64,000 bases of DNA from an uncultured virus (IMG/VR IMGVR_UViG_3300030390_001073) (IMGVR_UViG_3300030390_001073); one strand, 5' to 3'; counted from the stretch's first letter, positions 30,001-39,590 are shown. Made by a program: numbers and translations. Notes: generated from the letters alone by a model not told the origin.

Positions 30001-31184
30001 GACGTACCTCCTCCACTTAACCCTGTTCCTGCTACTACTGCTGTTATATCCCCTTGAGGTACACCTGCAATAGCATTATCTACATAAGTTTTATTAGCTG
30101 CATCTGTACCTACTGATACTGTATCTATACCTTTTATTCTACCTGTAGCTCCTAAAGATATAATTCCTCCATTTATTATTAATGTTCCTGCAGTGTCTAT
30201 AGACATTCTTTCATTAGGCTCATCATTCATAAAAAAGTCTAATGTCTCACTGCTTGAATCAAATTTAATTGCAGCTCTTTGGGAAGTTCCTGCTTGTGTA
30301 TCAGAAAAAACAATCCCTGCTTGAGTTTCTGCTGTATTGAAAATGTTTAAATTTTTTGTGGCTCCTGATATTGTAACATCGTCACTAAAAGTTTTAGCAC
30401 CACCTATTGTTTGTGTACCCGTAGTTCTTACAACCGTACTATCTAATTGAATAGTTCCTGTTGATGTTATTGTACCACCTGTAATACCGTTTGTAGTAGC
30501 AACAGATGTTACACCTTGAGCATCACTACCGCTTGATACAGATGTTACATGACCTGTAGCATTTACGGTTACATTGGCGTTTGTATAACTTCCTGCACTT
30601 GCTCCTGAATTAGCATGAGCAATAGTTACAGAACCACTTGACCCACCGCCTGTTATTGGTGAGGTTGTACTTACATTTGTTATATCACCTTGAGGTATTG
30701 ATGGAAAAGTAATAAGATTACCTGCTCCATTAATATACTGTGAAGAAGTACCAACTACATCAATTGCTAATGTTCCACTTGCTGTTATTGGAGAACCACT
30801 AACATCAAAAGCATTACCTGCATGTGTTTGTGATACACTTGTAACTGTGCCTGTGTTTGTGGTATAATTTGCTCCATTGGTTAACTGATTGTTATTAGTT
30901 ATGGAGTTATTAAACGCAACCGTTTCATTAGAAGATTGATTAAGAGTTATTGTTCCTCCTCCGGTCAAACCTGTACCTGCAGTAAAAGTTATTGTTGCAT
31001 TATTAACTGTAGGTAAACTACCTGAAGTTATATAATTTTGGTCTTTCACCCATGCAGTAGAAGGAATTCTTGTAGAATCATCACTTGTTGATGGTGCGGA
31101 CACAGTTGCTGCTGCAAGAGTCGTAGTACTACTAACAGATAAAGTACCTGTTATTGCCTGACCCTTTAAAAATCTTATAGCCAT
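27003..31184 (-). CDS. long tail fibre with modular repeats
   Basis: 1393 aa, T/G/N/S-rich; repeats TITNNNQLTNGAGY, QTFTNKSGNISQWTN and GDIT.V.AGTG.SGGGTSG.VTL. Confidence 0.75.
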   Translation of the reverse strand: MAIRFLKGQAITGTLSVSSTTTLAAATVSAPSTSDDSTRIPSTAWVKDQNYITSGSLPTVNNATITFTAGTGLTGGGTITLNQSSNETVAFNNSITNNNQLTNGANYTTNTGTVTSVSQTHAGNAFDVSGSPITASGTLAIDVVGTSSQYINGAGNLITFPSIPQGDITNVSTTSPITGGGSSGSVTIAHANSGASAGSYTNANVTVNATGHVTSVSSGSDAQGVTSVATTNGITGGTITSTGTIQLDSTVVRTTGTQTIGGAKTFSDDVTISGATKNLNIFNTAETQAGIVFSDTQAGTSQRAAIKFDSSSETLDFFMNDEPNERMSIDTAGTLIINGGIISLGATGRIKGIDTVSVGTDAANKTYVDNAIAGVPQGDITAVVAGTGLSGGGTSGSVTLNNTITNNNQLTNGAGYTTNTGTTTASNSQTFTNKGGNISQWTNDSGYTTSVGDITAVVAGTGLSGGGTSGSVTLNNTITNNNQLTNGAGYTTNVGDITAVSAGSGMSGGGTSGAVTLTNADKGSSQNIYKNIAVSGQSTVVADSNNDTLTLVASGGMTITTNATTDTITFNPNDDNDNYYVTGASQSGGTLTLTRQGLSTLTATGFTNASNSQTFTNKSGNISQWTNNSGYITAGSLPTVNNATITLSAGTGLSGGGTITLNQASNETVIFNNTITNNNQLTNGAGYTTNTGTTTASNSQTFTNKGGNISQWTNDSGYVTSSGGSMSSWILKEGNGSETSTVTNGETVTFSQAGLLETELVSTTSGGTLRITNTCTNNNQLTNGAGYTTNVGDITGVTAGTNMSGGGTSGTVTLNCTITNNNQLTNGAGYTTNTGTTTPSNTQTFTNKSGNISQWTNNSGYITSASLPTVNDGVLTMTTSTGLDGGAVFGANQSGASLFAVTLDLSELTDMTATMNTNDEFIVLDSSAERRKRAGEIGLSIFNNDAGFTTNVGDITGVTAGTGMSGGGTSGTVTLNCTVPVITNNNQLTNGAGYTTSVGDITGVTAGTNMSGGGTSGTVTLNCTITNNNQLTNGAGYTTNTGTTTASNTQTFTNKSGNISQWSNNSGYTTNTGTTTASNTQTFTNKSGNISQWTNDAGYVTSTGSNNFVTGGNVTSGTVTLNRTGLSNVSFTINNSQITNGAGYTTNTGTVTGSGASNRVAFWNSSSGITSDSDLTFNGSSLTVGGTITSTQGNFAANGEEVMSNAAASDTLLIGDAAESDGVSQIQLKTAGATQMTVDDGEVIINSGVNFKMEGGRIQFNSDTNIQLDAALSSNQSSGTVLPIGNTTVTAGKVYYWDGGWTQTDADSETKSKGLLAFAKSSGTASVGRMVLEGIVHYPSFFAAGSVFYLSTVEGEMQFSAPSGTNDVARVVAYVIDSNHIYFKPDNTWVKIT

Positions 31185-31204
31185 AAGGTGTTAAATTAAA
31201 TTAT

Positions 31205-33556
31205 TTACGCCACCTTAGTCACTAAACATCTTGCTCCGTTAGACGAAATTGCTGATGTACTTAATAATGTTAAGGCATTCGTGCTTGTTCTTTGAACTTC
31301 TAAATACAATGTATCATAAGGTGATGCTGTATCGTATACCTGTACTATCACATCTCTTGTTCCAAAGTTGTGAGATACTGTATAAGTTGTAGCAGAACCA
31401 TTACCAATATTCTGTGCATACTGATGGCTTGAAGCAATACATGATTCAACAGCTGTACAGAAATCAGATACTTGTGATGCTGTAATGCTTATTGCAGTTG
31501 CTGACATTGCAGTAACTAAACCTTTAGCATTTACTGTCGCACTTAGTGTATTTGATGCACTTCCGAAACTACCAACATTACCGTTTACAGTTGCTAGTGT
31601 TAAACCTGAAGATACGCTAGCAGAACCATCAAAATTTACTGACCATGAACCGTCTCCCGTAAGAGATATTGACCTAGAATTAGCAAGTTTAGTTGCTGTG
31701 TCTGCGTTACCTGTAATTGTACCTTCAACATCTGCTATTAATATTCCTTTATTTGCTATAGTTGCTGTGCTTCCCGGTTTAGTTGTAGCATTACCTAATC
31801 TAAATTTAGGAGCTGATGCACTTGTAGATGCTGATGCATCATAAAACATAGCAGGATAGTAGTCAACACTTGATATTACATAATTACCGAACCAACCAAT
31901 ATCAACTGAATTAGCACCACCACCGGCAACGTCATTGCCATTAGCGTACTCCATCATATTATCTTTGATAGATACTGTTGTACTATCTATAGTTGTTGTT
32001 GTTCCATTAACGGTTAAGTTACCTGAGATAGTTACTGTTGAACCATCATCTGTCATTAGGGAGTTAGTTAACTGATTGCTAGTATCATCCCATTTCATTA
32101 TCTTGTTAGCACTTAATGAAGCAAAATTCTTTAGACTTAAACTTCCTGAAGTAGTTATTGTACCTCCTGTTAATCCACCTGTTGCAGGTGTTGCTATAGA
32201 AGTTACTGTACCGCCTGAAGCATCAAAAGGTAAGTCAGAAACTAAACCTTTTTTAATATTATTATCTGTAGCATCAGAGAACCAAATAGTATCTGCACCT
32301 ATAGGGGTAGCAGCAGTTGCAGCTAAAATTGCGTTGTCTGTTCCTGAGTAGTCTATTTGTAAATCATTAATAGCGACTGACCCATTATATGAAGACATAG
32401 TTAAACCTGTAGAAGCTGTAAGAGTTTTTAAAACTCCTCCTAAAGCAATACCACTAATAGTAGAGTTTGCTAGTCTGTCGTTTGCTATACCTCCTGCAGA
32501 AATTCCAAATGCTAAAGTTCCTGAAGATGTTATTGGAGAACCTGATACTGTTAATCCGTTTGCTCCTGTTGCAGCAACGGAAGTTACTGTACCACCACCA
32601 ATCGCTGATTGTAATTGTGATACTGTTATTCTTCCAACATTACTGTCAGTAACGTCACTCAACATTATTAGGTCTGTAGAAGCTACAGTTATTGCAGTTT
32701 TATCTGCTGCAGCTAATATAATGTTATCATTCCCTATATAATCAACACCTAGAGTTACCGTACCTGAAGTTCCACCACCACTTAAACCTGTTCCGGCTGT
32801 TACTCCTGTAATGTCTCCTTGTGTTGATGCATTAATTGTTACCGCTCCTGTTCCTCCACTAATTGTAACATTAGTACCTGCAACAATAGAAGTTACACCT
32901 GTATTAGATAGTGATATTGTTCCTGAAGACGTTATAGGTGAACCTGTAACTCCAATTCCTGTTCCGCCTGTAACCGCAACACTTGTTACTGTTCCTGACG
33001 TAAGAGTTGGGAAAACAACTAAATTACCTTCTCCATCTATATAGTCTGTTGAAGCACCATTCATTGTAATAGCAAGAGTTCCTGAACTTGTAATAGGAGA
33101 ACCTCCTACTGAAAATGCATCACCTGCATGTGTTTGAGCTACACTTGTAACTGTACCACCGCCAATAGCTGCACTAAGTTGTGATAAGTTTACAAACTTA
33201 ACATCAGTATCTGTAGCATCAGAAATCATTACTTTATCTGAAGTTGCTAATGTTAAAGCTGTTCCATCATCTGCAGATAATATTATGTTATTTGCACCTG
33301 CATAATCTACAGCAAGAGTTACGTTACCGGATGTTCCACCACCGCTTAGACCTGTGCCTGCAGTTACACCTGAAATATCACCTGTACCATCTAAACTAAT
33401 CCAACCTGTACCATTATAATATTTAAAGGTATTGGATGTAGTGTTAAATATAAACTGACCCGCATATCCTGAAGGGTCAGATGCTAGGTTTTGAGCTTTA
33501 ACGTTTTGTATTTCGTTTGTGCCTAAATCTAAGTTGTTTAAAAATCTAATTGCCAT
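31205..33556 (-). CDS. tail fibre protein
   Basis: 783 aa; GTVTSV and GGGTSG repeats; LTVNGTTTTIDST..SIKDN motif; C-terminal HNFGTRDVIVQVYD domain. Confidence 0.75.
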   Translation of the reverse strand: MAIRFLNNLDLGTNEIQNVKAQNLASDPSGYAGQFIFNTTSNTFKYYNGTGWISLDGTGDISGVTAGTGLSGGGTSGNVTLAVDYAGANNIILSADDGTALTLATSDKVMISDATDTDVKFVNLSQLSAAIGGGTVTSVAQTHAGDAFSVGGSPITSSGTLAITMNGASTDYIDGEGNLVVFPTLTSGTVTSVAVTGGTGIGVTGSPITSSGTISLSNTGVTSIVAGTNVTISGGTGAVTINASTQGDITGVTAGTGLSGGGTSGTVTLGVDYIGNDNIILAAADKTAITVASTDLIMLSDVTDSNVGRITVSQLQSAIGGGTVTSVAATGANGLTVSGSPITSSGTLAFGISAGGIANDRLANSTISGIALGGVLKTLTASTGLTMSSYNGSVAINDLQIDYSGTDNAILAATAATPIGADTIWFSDATDNNIKKGLVSDLPFDASGGTVTSIATPATGGLTGGTITTSGSLSLKNFASLSANKIMKWDDTSNQLTNSLMTDDGSTVTISGNLTVNGTTTTIDSTTVSIKDNMMEYANGNDVAGGGANSVDIGWFGNYVISSVDYYPAMFYDASASTSASAPKFRLGNATTKPGSTATIANKGILIADVEGTITGNADTATKLANSRSISLTGDGSWSVNFDGSASVSSGLTLATVNGNVGSFGSASNTLSATVNAKGLVTAMSATAISITASQVSDFCTAVESCIASSHQYAQNIGNGSATTYTVSHNFGTRDVIVQVYDTASPYDTLYLEVQRTSTNALTLLSTSAISSNGARCLVTKVA

Positions 33557-33569
33557 ATTTTTTTATTTA

Positions 33570-34289
33570 TTAATTTAAAAATGCTTTTCCTGTAAATGCA
33601 GCTGAAAACAATATTGTTAACTGATTTGCACTATCATATGTTACTGAACCAAATCCTACCGCAAACGGTGTGTTAGCTGAATCAGTAACAGTAACCGATG
33701 GAAACGAATTTAAGTTATGTGTTATCGTCCATGTAGCTGACGCTACATTTTGTGGATGAATATACGTTGTCGCAGGGTCACCTTTATATGTTAGCAAAGA
33801 TATGAAATAATCTTTACTATCTTCGAGACTACCAAAACCTGTAGAATAGGTAACATCTATGTTCCAAAAATTAGGTTCAGCACCATCTTGATTTGCTGCA
33901 TCCCATTCAAACAACCCGAAGGTAGAAGGGTCAGAACACTTAGATATTAATACCGTTGACTGCACTAAAGGATTAGTATAATATGTACTAACATCTACTG
34001 CATTATTAATTTGTTGTTTGCTTAATTTAAACTGTGTTAAACCACTAAAAGGAACTGTTCCTGTATTTAACGCATCAAAAGTTATAGTTCCTGCTAATCT
34101 TACATCACCTGCTTCCATATCTTTATACTTATATCTCAAAGATTGACTTTCAATCTTATTATATTCATTAATAAAAACTGAAACCGCACTTGCTGAAAAG
34201 TTTTTAGTTGCTTGTTGTGCGTCTGTTCCAATCCATTTATCTGAACCTACTACAGGTGTTGATAAAGGATATGTACTAATTTTTGCCAT
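33570..34289 (-). CDS. structural protein (fibre-associated)
   Basis: MAKISTY N-terminus shared with the 22968 ORF; C-terminal WTITHNLNSFPSVTV domain. Confidence 0.55.
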   Translation of the reverse strand: MAKISTYPLSTPVVGSDKWIGTDAQQATKNFSASAVSVFINEYNKIESQSLRYKYKDMEAGDVRLAGTITFDALNTGTVPFSGLTQFKLSKQQINNAVDVSTYYTNPLVQSTVLISKCSDPSTFGLFEWDAANQDGAEPNFWNIDVTYSTGFGSLEDSKDYFISLLTYKGDPATTYIHPQNVASATWTITHNLNSFPSVTVTDSANTPFAVGFGSVTYDSANQLTILFSAAFTGKAFLN

Positions 34290-34692
34290 TTTGTTTTATT
34301 TTATTAGCTTTTTCATATGACCTTCCTCCAAAGTATGCTGCAGTAATTGTAATTAACAGCATTTTTAAAAGTTCTTTCCATTCATCGTCAACTGCAAAGT
34401 TAATAAATCCTGAGTCAACAAAAATAAGCAAAACTGTTGATACAAATAAAAATATTAATGTTATTGGACGGACTGATTTTGAAAGTTTATTATCACTTGT
34501 CATATCTGCCTTCCAACGTTCAGTTACATTTTTTTGTTGTTCAGCTTCTGCATTAATAAATATTTCTGTCATTTCTTTTTCAAATGCAGCTTTTTCGTCT
34601 TTTGTTCTTATAAATTTATCGGCAATTCCCGTAAGAGAACCTGCAATGTTTTTTGCTCCACCGCCAAAAAGTTTTGTTAGTATTTCTATCAT
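34276..34692 (-). CDS. putative holin (3TM/GTA-holin-like)
   Basis: RWKADM.SD..LSKSVRP followed by hydrophobic segments and AYFGGRSYEK; adjacent to the endolysin. Confidence 0.75.
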   Translation of the reverse strand: MIEILTKLFGGGAKNIAGSLTGIADKFIRTKDEKAAFEKEMTEIFINAEAEQQKNVTERWKADMTSDNKLSKSVRPITLIFLFVSTVLLIFVDSGFINFAVDDEWKELLKMLLITITAAYFGGRSYEKANKIKQNGKN

Positions 34693-35147
34693 ATTTCTTT
34701 ATATTTAGTTTTCCTATCTTCTTTATACGCTTTTAAACATCTTCCTCTATTTTCTTCTTTTGATACATAAGAAACATGAATCCAATTAGGGTTCATGTCT
34801 GTACCAAACTCCCATATCAATTGGTCAAAGTCACAATTTTCTTTTACAAAAAAATACATTTCTGCATTACTTTTATATCCATAAACATCATCTAAATCAA
34901 TCGCTTGACCTTTGCAATGCTGTGACGTACTTACACCACCAATAGCTTCATTCAAAGGAATCGACCTGAAAAAAGAATTTACTTTTATAGGTCCTCCGAC
35001 CCATTCTCTTAATGGTTCAAATATTTTTTCAGCTGTTAGTTTCATGGTATCAACCTGTGTTGGATTTGGAGTATTGTCTATTCTTTTTCTTTTTGCTGTA
35101 TTAGAATGTATAGCTTCAGCATATGTTATATGTTTGCTTATTTTCAT
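34689..35147 (-). CDS. endolysin, peptidase M15 family
   Basis: SFFR...N..IGG...SQHCKGQAID...WIHVSY zinc-binding motifs. Confidence 0.88.
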   Translation of the reverse strand: MKISKHITYAEAIHSNTAKRKRIDNTPNPTQVDTMKLTAEKIFEPLREWVGGPIKVNSFFRSIPLNEAIGGVSTSQHCKGQAIDLDDVYGYKSNAEMYFFVKENCDFDQLIWEFGTDMNPNWIHVSYVSKEENRGRCLKAYKEDRKTKYKEI

Positions 35148-36412
35148 AATTCAAAATTTAATCCTACTGTTGAGTTAAAGATTTCTGTATCCCAAAATTT
35201 AGTGTATTCACCTTCTACAAATATACCTAATTTAGAAGTAAGTTTCCATCCCATAATTAATCCAAACTGATAGTCTTCCCATTGTTCTAATTCCGAATCT
35301 TCTATCAATCCACCTAACCCCCAATTGTTTCTATTTAAATAACTAAAAGCTTCATCACCTTTAAAGTATTTATGATAAGGAAGTATGTAATTTGCATAAG
35401 CATGCATCCACATTTTTTCATTATAAGTATAAAAATCAGCTCCTACAATTGGAGCTATCTCAGCAAAATCATCTAATAAATCCCATTGCTCTCTATTAAA
35501 TCTGTTCATTAAATCAGCAAAAACTGTTTCACGAAATTCTAAATCTGTATTAGCTACAACGTTCCCTTCAGAGTCTACCCATTGCCAATCTTGCGTTTGA
35601 TTTCCTGACTCATCTGTTAATGTATAAAAAACATCGTCATACCCATATTGGAATCCTAAAGTGTACCAAGCATTTGCTGCATACTCATATGAATTTCCTT
35701 CAGGGTCAATATATTCTGTTGTTTCATTTAACCAAATTTCTACAGGATTATATCCAAAAGCTTGTTCATGTGTACGAGCAATAACTCCTGCAGATATACT
35801 AAACTTTTTACCAATAGGTAAACGAGCTCTTATTTCTGCCGAACTGTATTTAAACCCTACATTACCTTCTTCTCTTGATTCTATTTTTGCAATGTGATGC
35901 TTACCTGTATGCCTAAGAAAGTAACGATGGTTTGTAAATACCTCACCTCTCTCTCTTTCTTTTTCCCAATGAAACATATATTCAAATCCACTAAATGCTG
36001 CAGTTGGAGCTGACAAGGCTACGTTTTTTTCTGTACCATCATAGTAAGCTTTTTCTTTATTCTCATAATCAAAACGAGCAATACGTCTTAACCCAAAGCC
36101 ATAACGATAATCAAAAGGGTCATAATTAGTTGCATTTTCAACAACAGGAACATCATATAAACTTCCGCTAGGATTTGTTCTTACAATATAATCTATAGTT
36201 TGTTTTTGATAAGGATTATTAATATTTCCTGCAACATAAAAAGTACCGTACTTTAAAAAGTCGTCATATACTTTTTTAAAAAATTTTTGTTTTTCTAAAA
36301 CTTCAGATTCTTGTGCTTGCAAATTAAATGTAAATATTGATAATATTGAAATTATTATTATATACATAATTGTATTGACTGCAAATTTTTCTGTTTTTTG
36401 TTTTCTATTCAT
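35144..36412 (-). CDS. putative outer-membrane beta-barrel protein
   Basis: N-terminal signal peptide (…FNLQA); alternating aromatic strands; C-terminal STVGLNFEL resembling a beta-signal. Confidence 0.55.
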   Translation of the reverse strand: MNRKQKTEKFAVNTIMYIIIISILSIFTFNLQAQESEVLEKQKFFKKVYDDFLKYGTFYVAGNINNPYQKQTIDYIVRTNPSGSLYDVPVVENATNYDPFDYRYGFGLRRIARFDYENKEKAYYDGTEKNVALSAPTAAFSGFEYMFHWEKERERGEVFTNHRYFLRHTGKHHIAKIESREEGNVGFKYSSAEIRARLPIGKKFSISAGVIARTHEQAFGYNPVEIWLNETTEYIDPEGNSYEYAANAWYTLGFQYGYDDVFYTLTDESGNQTQDWQWVDSEGNVVANTDLEFRETVFADLMNRFNREQWDLLDDFAEIAPIVGADFYTYNEKMWMHAYANYILPYHKYFKGDEAFSYLNRNNWGLGGLIEDSELEQWEDYQFGLIMGWKLTSKLGIFVEGEYTKFWDTEIFNSTVGLNFEL

Positions 36413-36415
36413 AAT

Positions 36416-36751
36416 TTAAAATTTACTTTTTATTATTTTATTTATATGATATTGTATAGTGTCTAAAGTGTTTTCCGGTAATTGTAATGAAATATTACTT
36501 TCTACTCGTATAACAGTTTTTCTATTATGATACAAGATAACAGTTGGTAAATAAACTATGTTATTTTTTTTAAATATTTTGGGATGGTCGGTTAGATAAA
36601 GACGAATTTGGTCAGCTCCTTCAATGTCATCAAGATTTACTTCTGCGGCTTCTACAAAACTAGCTGTATATTGTATTACTACAATACCATCTTTATATTG
36701 TGCTTGTGCAGAAAAAGTAAATAGAATTAATAATACTGTCCATAGTTTCAT
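36416..36751 (-). CDS. secreted thioredoxin-like protein lacking CxxC
   Basis: signal peptide (…SAQA); VVIQYTASF and NIVYLPTVILY thioredoxin-fold motifs; no cysteines. Confidence 0.5.
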   Translation of the reverse strand: MKLWTVLLILFTFSAQAQYKDGIVVIQYTASFVEAAEVNLDDIEGADQIRLYLTDHPKIFKKNNIVYLPTVILYHNRKTVIRVESNISLQLPENTLDTIQYHINKIIKSKF

Positions 36752-37053
36752 CTGTCTTTTGTTAGTGAATAAAGACGAGCATCCATTTTGTCAAGTTGTT
36801 GTTTTATTTCACTAACGTCTTCTTTAATAGAAGACATATCGGATTCTACCTTTTCAATGGTTGCTCTAATTATTTGGTCTTTATAAGAAAATTCTATTTT
36901 AGTTATCTCAGGTTCAGGCAGTTGTGCTGCATTAGCAATGTCAGCCTTTAATGTAAAATACATAGTAGCAAGAGATATAGTGAAGCCAACAATCATTCCA
37001 ATTGTTTTTAAATCTAATGTTATGTTAGTTTCCTCACCAATCTTAGTTGCCAT
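36748..37053 (-). CDS. membrane-anchored coiled-coil protein
   Basis: One TM segment (TIGMIVGFTISLATMYFTL) and a C-terminal heptad repeat. Confidence 0.6.
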   Translation of the reverse strand: MATKIGEETNITLDLKTIGMIVGFTISLATMYFTLKADIANAAQLPEPEITKIEFSYKDQIIRATIEKVESDMSSIKEDVSEIKQQLDKMDARLYSLTKDR

Positions 37054-37056
37054 TAA

Positions 37057-37125
37057 TTACATTTTTTTATAAACGTATGTAAACGTTATATCTTCTGACC
37101 AAGTATTTGATTGTATGTATATCAT
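37057..37125 (-). CDS. possible 22-aa peptide
   Basis: MIYIQSNTWSEDITFTYVYKKM fills the intergenic gap and has an A-rich leader. Confidence 0.35.
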   Translation of the reverse strand: MIYIQSNTWSEDITFTYVYKKM

Positions 37126-37143
37126 TTGATTTTATTTTATTTA

Positions 37144-37989
37144 TTACCAAAGAGCTACAAGCCTTTGATTAGCTACAGATGGAGTAGCAAATACTTGTAC
37201 AACTTGTACCGGTAATACTTCACCTACAGGAAAATTATTAAATACTATATCTTGACCTCCAACAGTTTTAACTTTTACATTAACATATCTTGGGTCATTT
37301 GTTCCGTCTGTTGAATTATCTATATCTTGTGTGATTTCAGTAGTTGTTCCCACATACAACAAGCACCCTTGAGCTTGTGATGGGTTTACTCCTGCACCTT
37401 GTGGAGGATTAGCTGCATAAATTTCATACTTTTCATTATTAGTTAAAAATATGTCATTTAATATTCCGATATTTTGGTCATTCAATACTGACGTTACTGT
37501 TGTTATTTTTAAAGTATCTCTATTAATTACAATGTCTCCAATTTGTACATTGTATTTAGACACAAATCCTTCACCATAAATTTCATATGCTTTAGCTGAA
37601 GGTACTGTAGGAGAAACTAATAATGCATCAGACTTTGCTGCGTTAGGGTTTTTTACACCACTAACAATATGGTCTGTCGTATCTGTTGTATTAACAATAA
37701 AGTTTCCTTTTTTAACAAATTTACCTGAACCTATTATTCCTCCTGCTTGAGCTTGAGTAGAGTTTAGAATAAAATTCTCTGAAGAATCTATTAACTCTCC
37801 TGCTAATGCACTATCAGTAGTTCCTTGCCATATCTTAGGCGTTAAAGTAGAATCTACTAACTTACCTGTAGCGTCTAGTGTTTGCACACCTTTAACAATT
37901 AAATGAGCCGGCTTAGGAATGTATATAGTATCACTTGGAACTATCTCCAAAGCGGACATACCACTAATCATGTTTTTCAAATACGACAT
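37144..37989 (-). CDS. hypothetical structural protein
   Basis: 281 aa; C-terminal LYVG...G.VLPVQV..V.AT motif. Confidence 0.5.
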   Translation of the reverse strand: MSYLKNMISGMSALEIVPSDTIYIPKPAHLIVKGVQTLDATGKLVDSTLTPKIWQGTTDSALAGELIDSSENFILNSTQAQAGGIIGSGKFVKKGNFIVNTTDTTDHIVSGVKNPNAAKSDALLVSPTVPSAKAYEIYGEGFVSKYNVQIGDIVINRDTLKITTVTSVLNDQNIGILNDIFLTNNEKYEIYAANPPQGAGVNPSQAQGCLLYVGTTTEITQDIDNSTDGTNDPRYVNVKVKTVGGQDIVFNNFPVGEVLPVQVVQVFATPSVANQRLVALW

Positions 37990-38005
37990 GTTATTTATTT
38001 ATTTA

Positions 38006-38113
38006 TTAATACTTTCTAGATTTGACTTTCAAACCTTTTTTCTTTGCGGCTTTTTTAGCTGCTGCTTTTCCTTTTGGAGTATAAGCGTATGATTTATTTC
38101 CTACTTTAGGCAT
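38006..38113 (-). CDS. small basic protein (35 aa)
   Basis: MPKVGNKSYAYTPKGKAAAKKAAKKKGLKVKSRKY, manual translation. Confidence 0.7.
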   Translation of the reverse strand: MPKVGNKSYAYTPKGKAAAKKAAKKKGLKVKSRKY

Positions 38114-38132
38114 AATTTATTTTATTTAATTA

Positions 38133-39047
38133 TTAAAATGTAGCTATATCTACTTTCTTCCATGTGTTTGTTGCTACACATACATAAACTGCGTCTGATG
38201 CAAATACTATAGCTCCTGCTGTACCTACTGCAGTTGCTGATGCCGGTGCTGTTTGTAGTGCAGTAACATTAAATTCAGGTGAAGTAACTGATGTATTAGC
38301 TACAATTCCATCTGCGTCTACAGACATTTCATCATTAACTCCTAAATTTCCACTTCTTGAAATTTTAAATTTGTTTGCATCTCCTCTATCAATTCCAATT
38401 GAAATATCAGCTGCTCCTTGAGTTTCGAAAGAAATTTTCGCATCTGCGTCAGCTCCTGTATTTTGATTGTGAATTAACATTCCGATTGCTAAGTTTCCTT
38501 TATCTTGTTGTACATTGATACCTACAGGGTTTTCTCCTGTAGCATCTCCTACTAAAAGATTTCCGGATGCTACCATATCTACAGCTCCAACATTTCCACT
38601 AAATGTTCCTGCTACTGCAGCTACATTTCCTGAAGCAGTCACATTAACTGCTGTTACATCTCCACTAAATGCTCCGCCTACTGCTGCTAAGCTTCCTGAA
38701 AGTAGTAAATCAACTGCTGTCATATTTGAAGCTGATGCAATAATATCGCCTGAACTTGTAAGACTATTACATTGTATTTCTCCTGTTGTGTTTAATGCTC
38801 CTGTTAGAGTAATTAAAGCTGCAGTTTCTGCCATGATAGAATCACCAAGTGTATTAGCATCTACCCATTTAGATATTTGCCCTGCAGTTCCTGAACCGTC
38901 AACACCCCCACCTACTGTTACAGTATCTAGGATGTCTTGCATTGTGAAAACTTTTCTTTGTGCATTTAATACAGTTGAACCTCTGTTCTCTGTATCAACC
39001 GTACCTGCTACAGTATGGAATTTTTGACTATTTGGTATTGTTGCCAT
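38133..39047 (-). CDS. fibre-like structural protein
   Basis: short beta-repeat core; C-terminal APASATAVGTAG...YVCVATNTWKK motif seen in phage fibre proteins. Confidence 0.55.
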   Translation of the reverse strand: MATIPNSQKFHTVAGTVDTENRGSTVLNAQRKVFTMQDILDTVTVGGGVDGSGTAGQISKWVDANTLGDSIMAETAALITLTGALNTTGEIQCNSLTSSGDIIASASNMTAVDLLLSGSLAAVGGAFSGDVTAVNVTASGNVAAVAGTFSGNVGAVDMVASGNLLVGDATGENPVGINVQQDKGNLAIGMLIHNQNTGADADAKISFETQGAADISIGIDRGDANKFKISRSGNLGVNDEMSVDADGIVANTSVTSPEFNVTALQTAPASATAVGTAGAIVFASDAVYVCVATNTWKKVDIATF

Positions 39048-39076
39048 TTTTTTTTATTTTAAGGGTTTTGTTTATA

Positions 39077-39241
39077 TTAGTTTTTTTTATAAGGAAACAT
39101 TCGATTTAAAGAATCTTTTCTACTATTACATCCACAATCTTTTATTCCTACAGCTTTTGTTGCAGCACCTACAAGGTGTTTGATTCCGGTTGCTTGAGTA
39201 ATTTTTTCTATAGTATCTCCTACTCCTTTACTTTTTGTCAT
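39077..39241 (-). CDS. small protein (54 aa) with GDTIEKIT..TGIK...DCGC motif
   Basis: manual translation MTKSKGVGDTIEKITQATGIKHLVG...DCGCNSRKDSLNRMFPYKKN. Confidence 0.75.
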   Translation of the reverse strand: MTKSKGVGDTIEKITQATGIKHLVGAATKAVGIKDCGCNSRKDSLNRMFPYKKN

Positions 39242-39374
39242 TACATGTACATAATTTATTTGGACAGTTTTCTACTTTGAAAGATATCTCTAGTAATAAA
39301 GAATTCCAACCGCATTGAAATCTGCACCATAAAGAGCTTATTTTATTTCCTAACCAAACTAAAGCTTTTCCCAT
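39228..39374 (-). CDS. small Cys-rich protein (48 aa)
   Basis: MGKALVWLGNKISSLWCRFQCGWN...NCPNKLCTCNDKK; translationally coupled to its neighbours. Confidence 0.6.
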   Translation of the reverse strand: MGKALVWLGNKISSLWCRFQCGWNSLLLEISFKVENCPNKLCTCNDKK

Positions 39375-39568
39375 TACTTTTTAAAATTTCTTGAATTAGA
39401 ACCTAAATGTTTTTCATACTTCATACTATGGTCTCCGCCATAAGCATGTCCTCCTTTTTTTGACATTGCTTTAGATTCATCTCTTCTACTTTTCATACTT
39501 TGTGACTTCTTGCCATTTCTAGCTCCCATTGAATCGTCTAATCTGTCGTTATAACCTTGATGTGCCAT
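39374..39568 (-). CDS. small basic protein
   Basis: 64 aa, QGYNDRLDDSMG motif. Confidence 0.7.
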   Translation of the reverse strand: MAHQGYNDRLDDSMGARNGKKSQSMKSRRDESKAMSKKGGHAYGGDHSMKYEKHLGSNSRNFKK

Positions 39569-39590
39569 TTTTTCTTTTTTATATTATTAA

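Noticed and set aside
27700..30100. CRISPR array or DGR template/variable repeats in the fibre gene
   Set aside because: The repeats are in-frame protein modules with synonymous divergence. There are no constant repeat/unique spacer units, no adenine-specific mismatch pattern that I could see, and no reverse transcriptase or cas genes.
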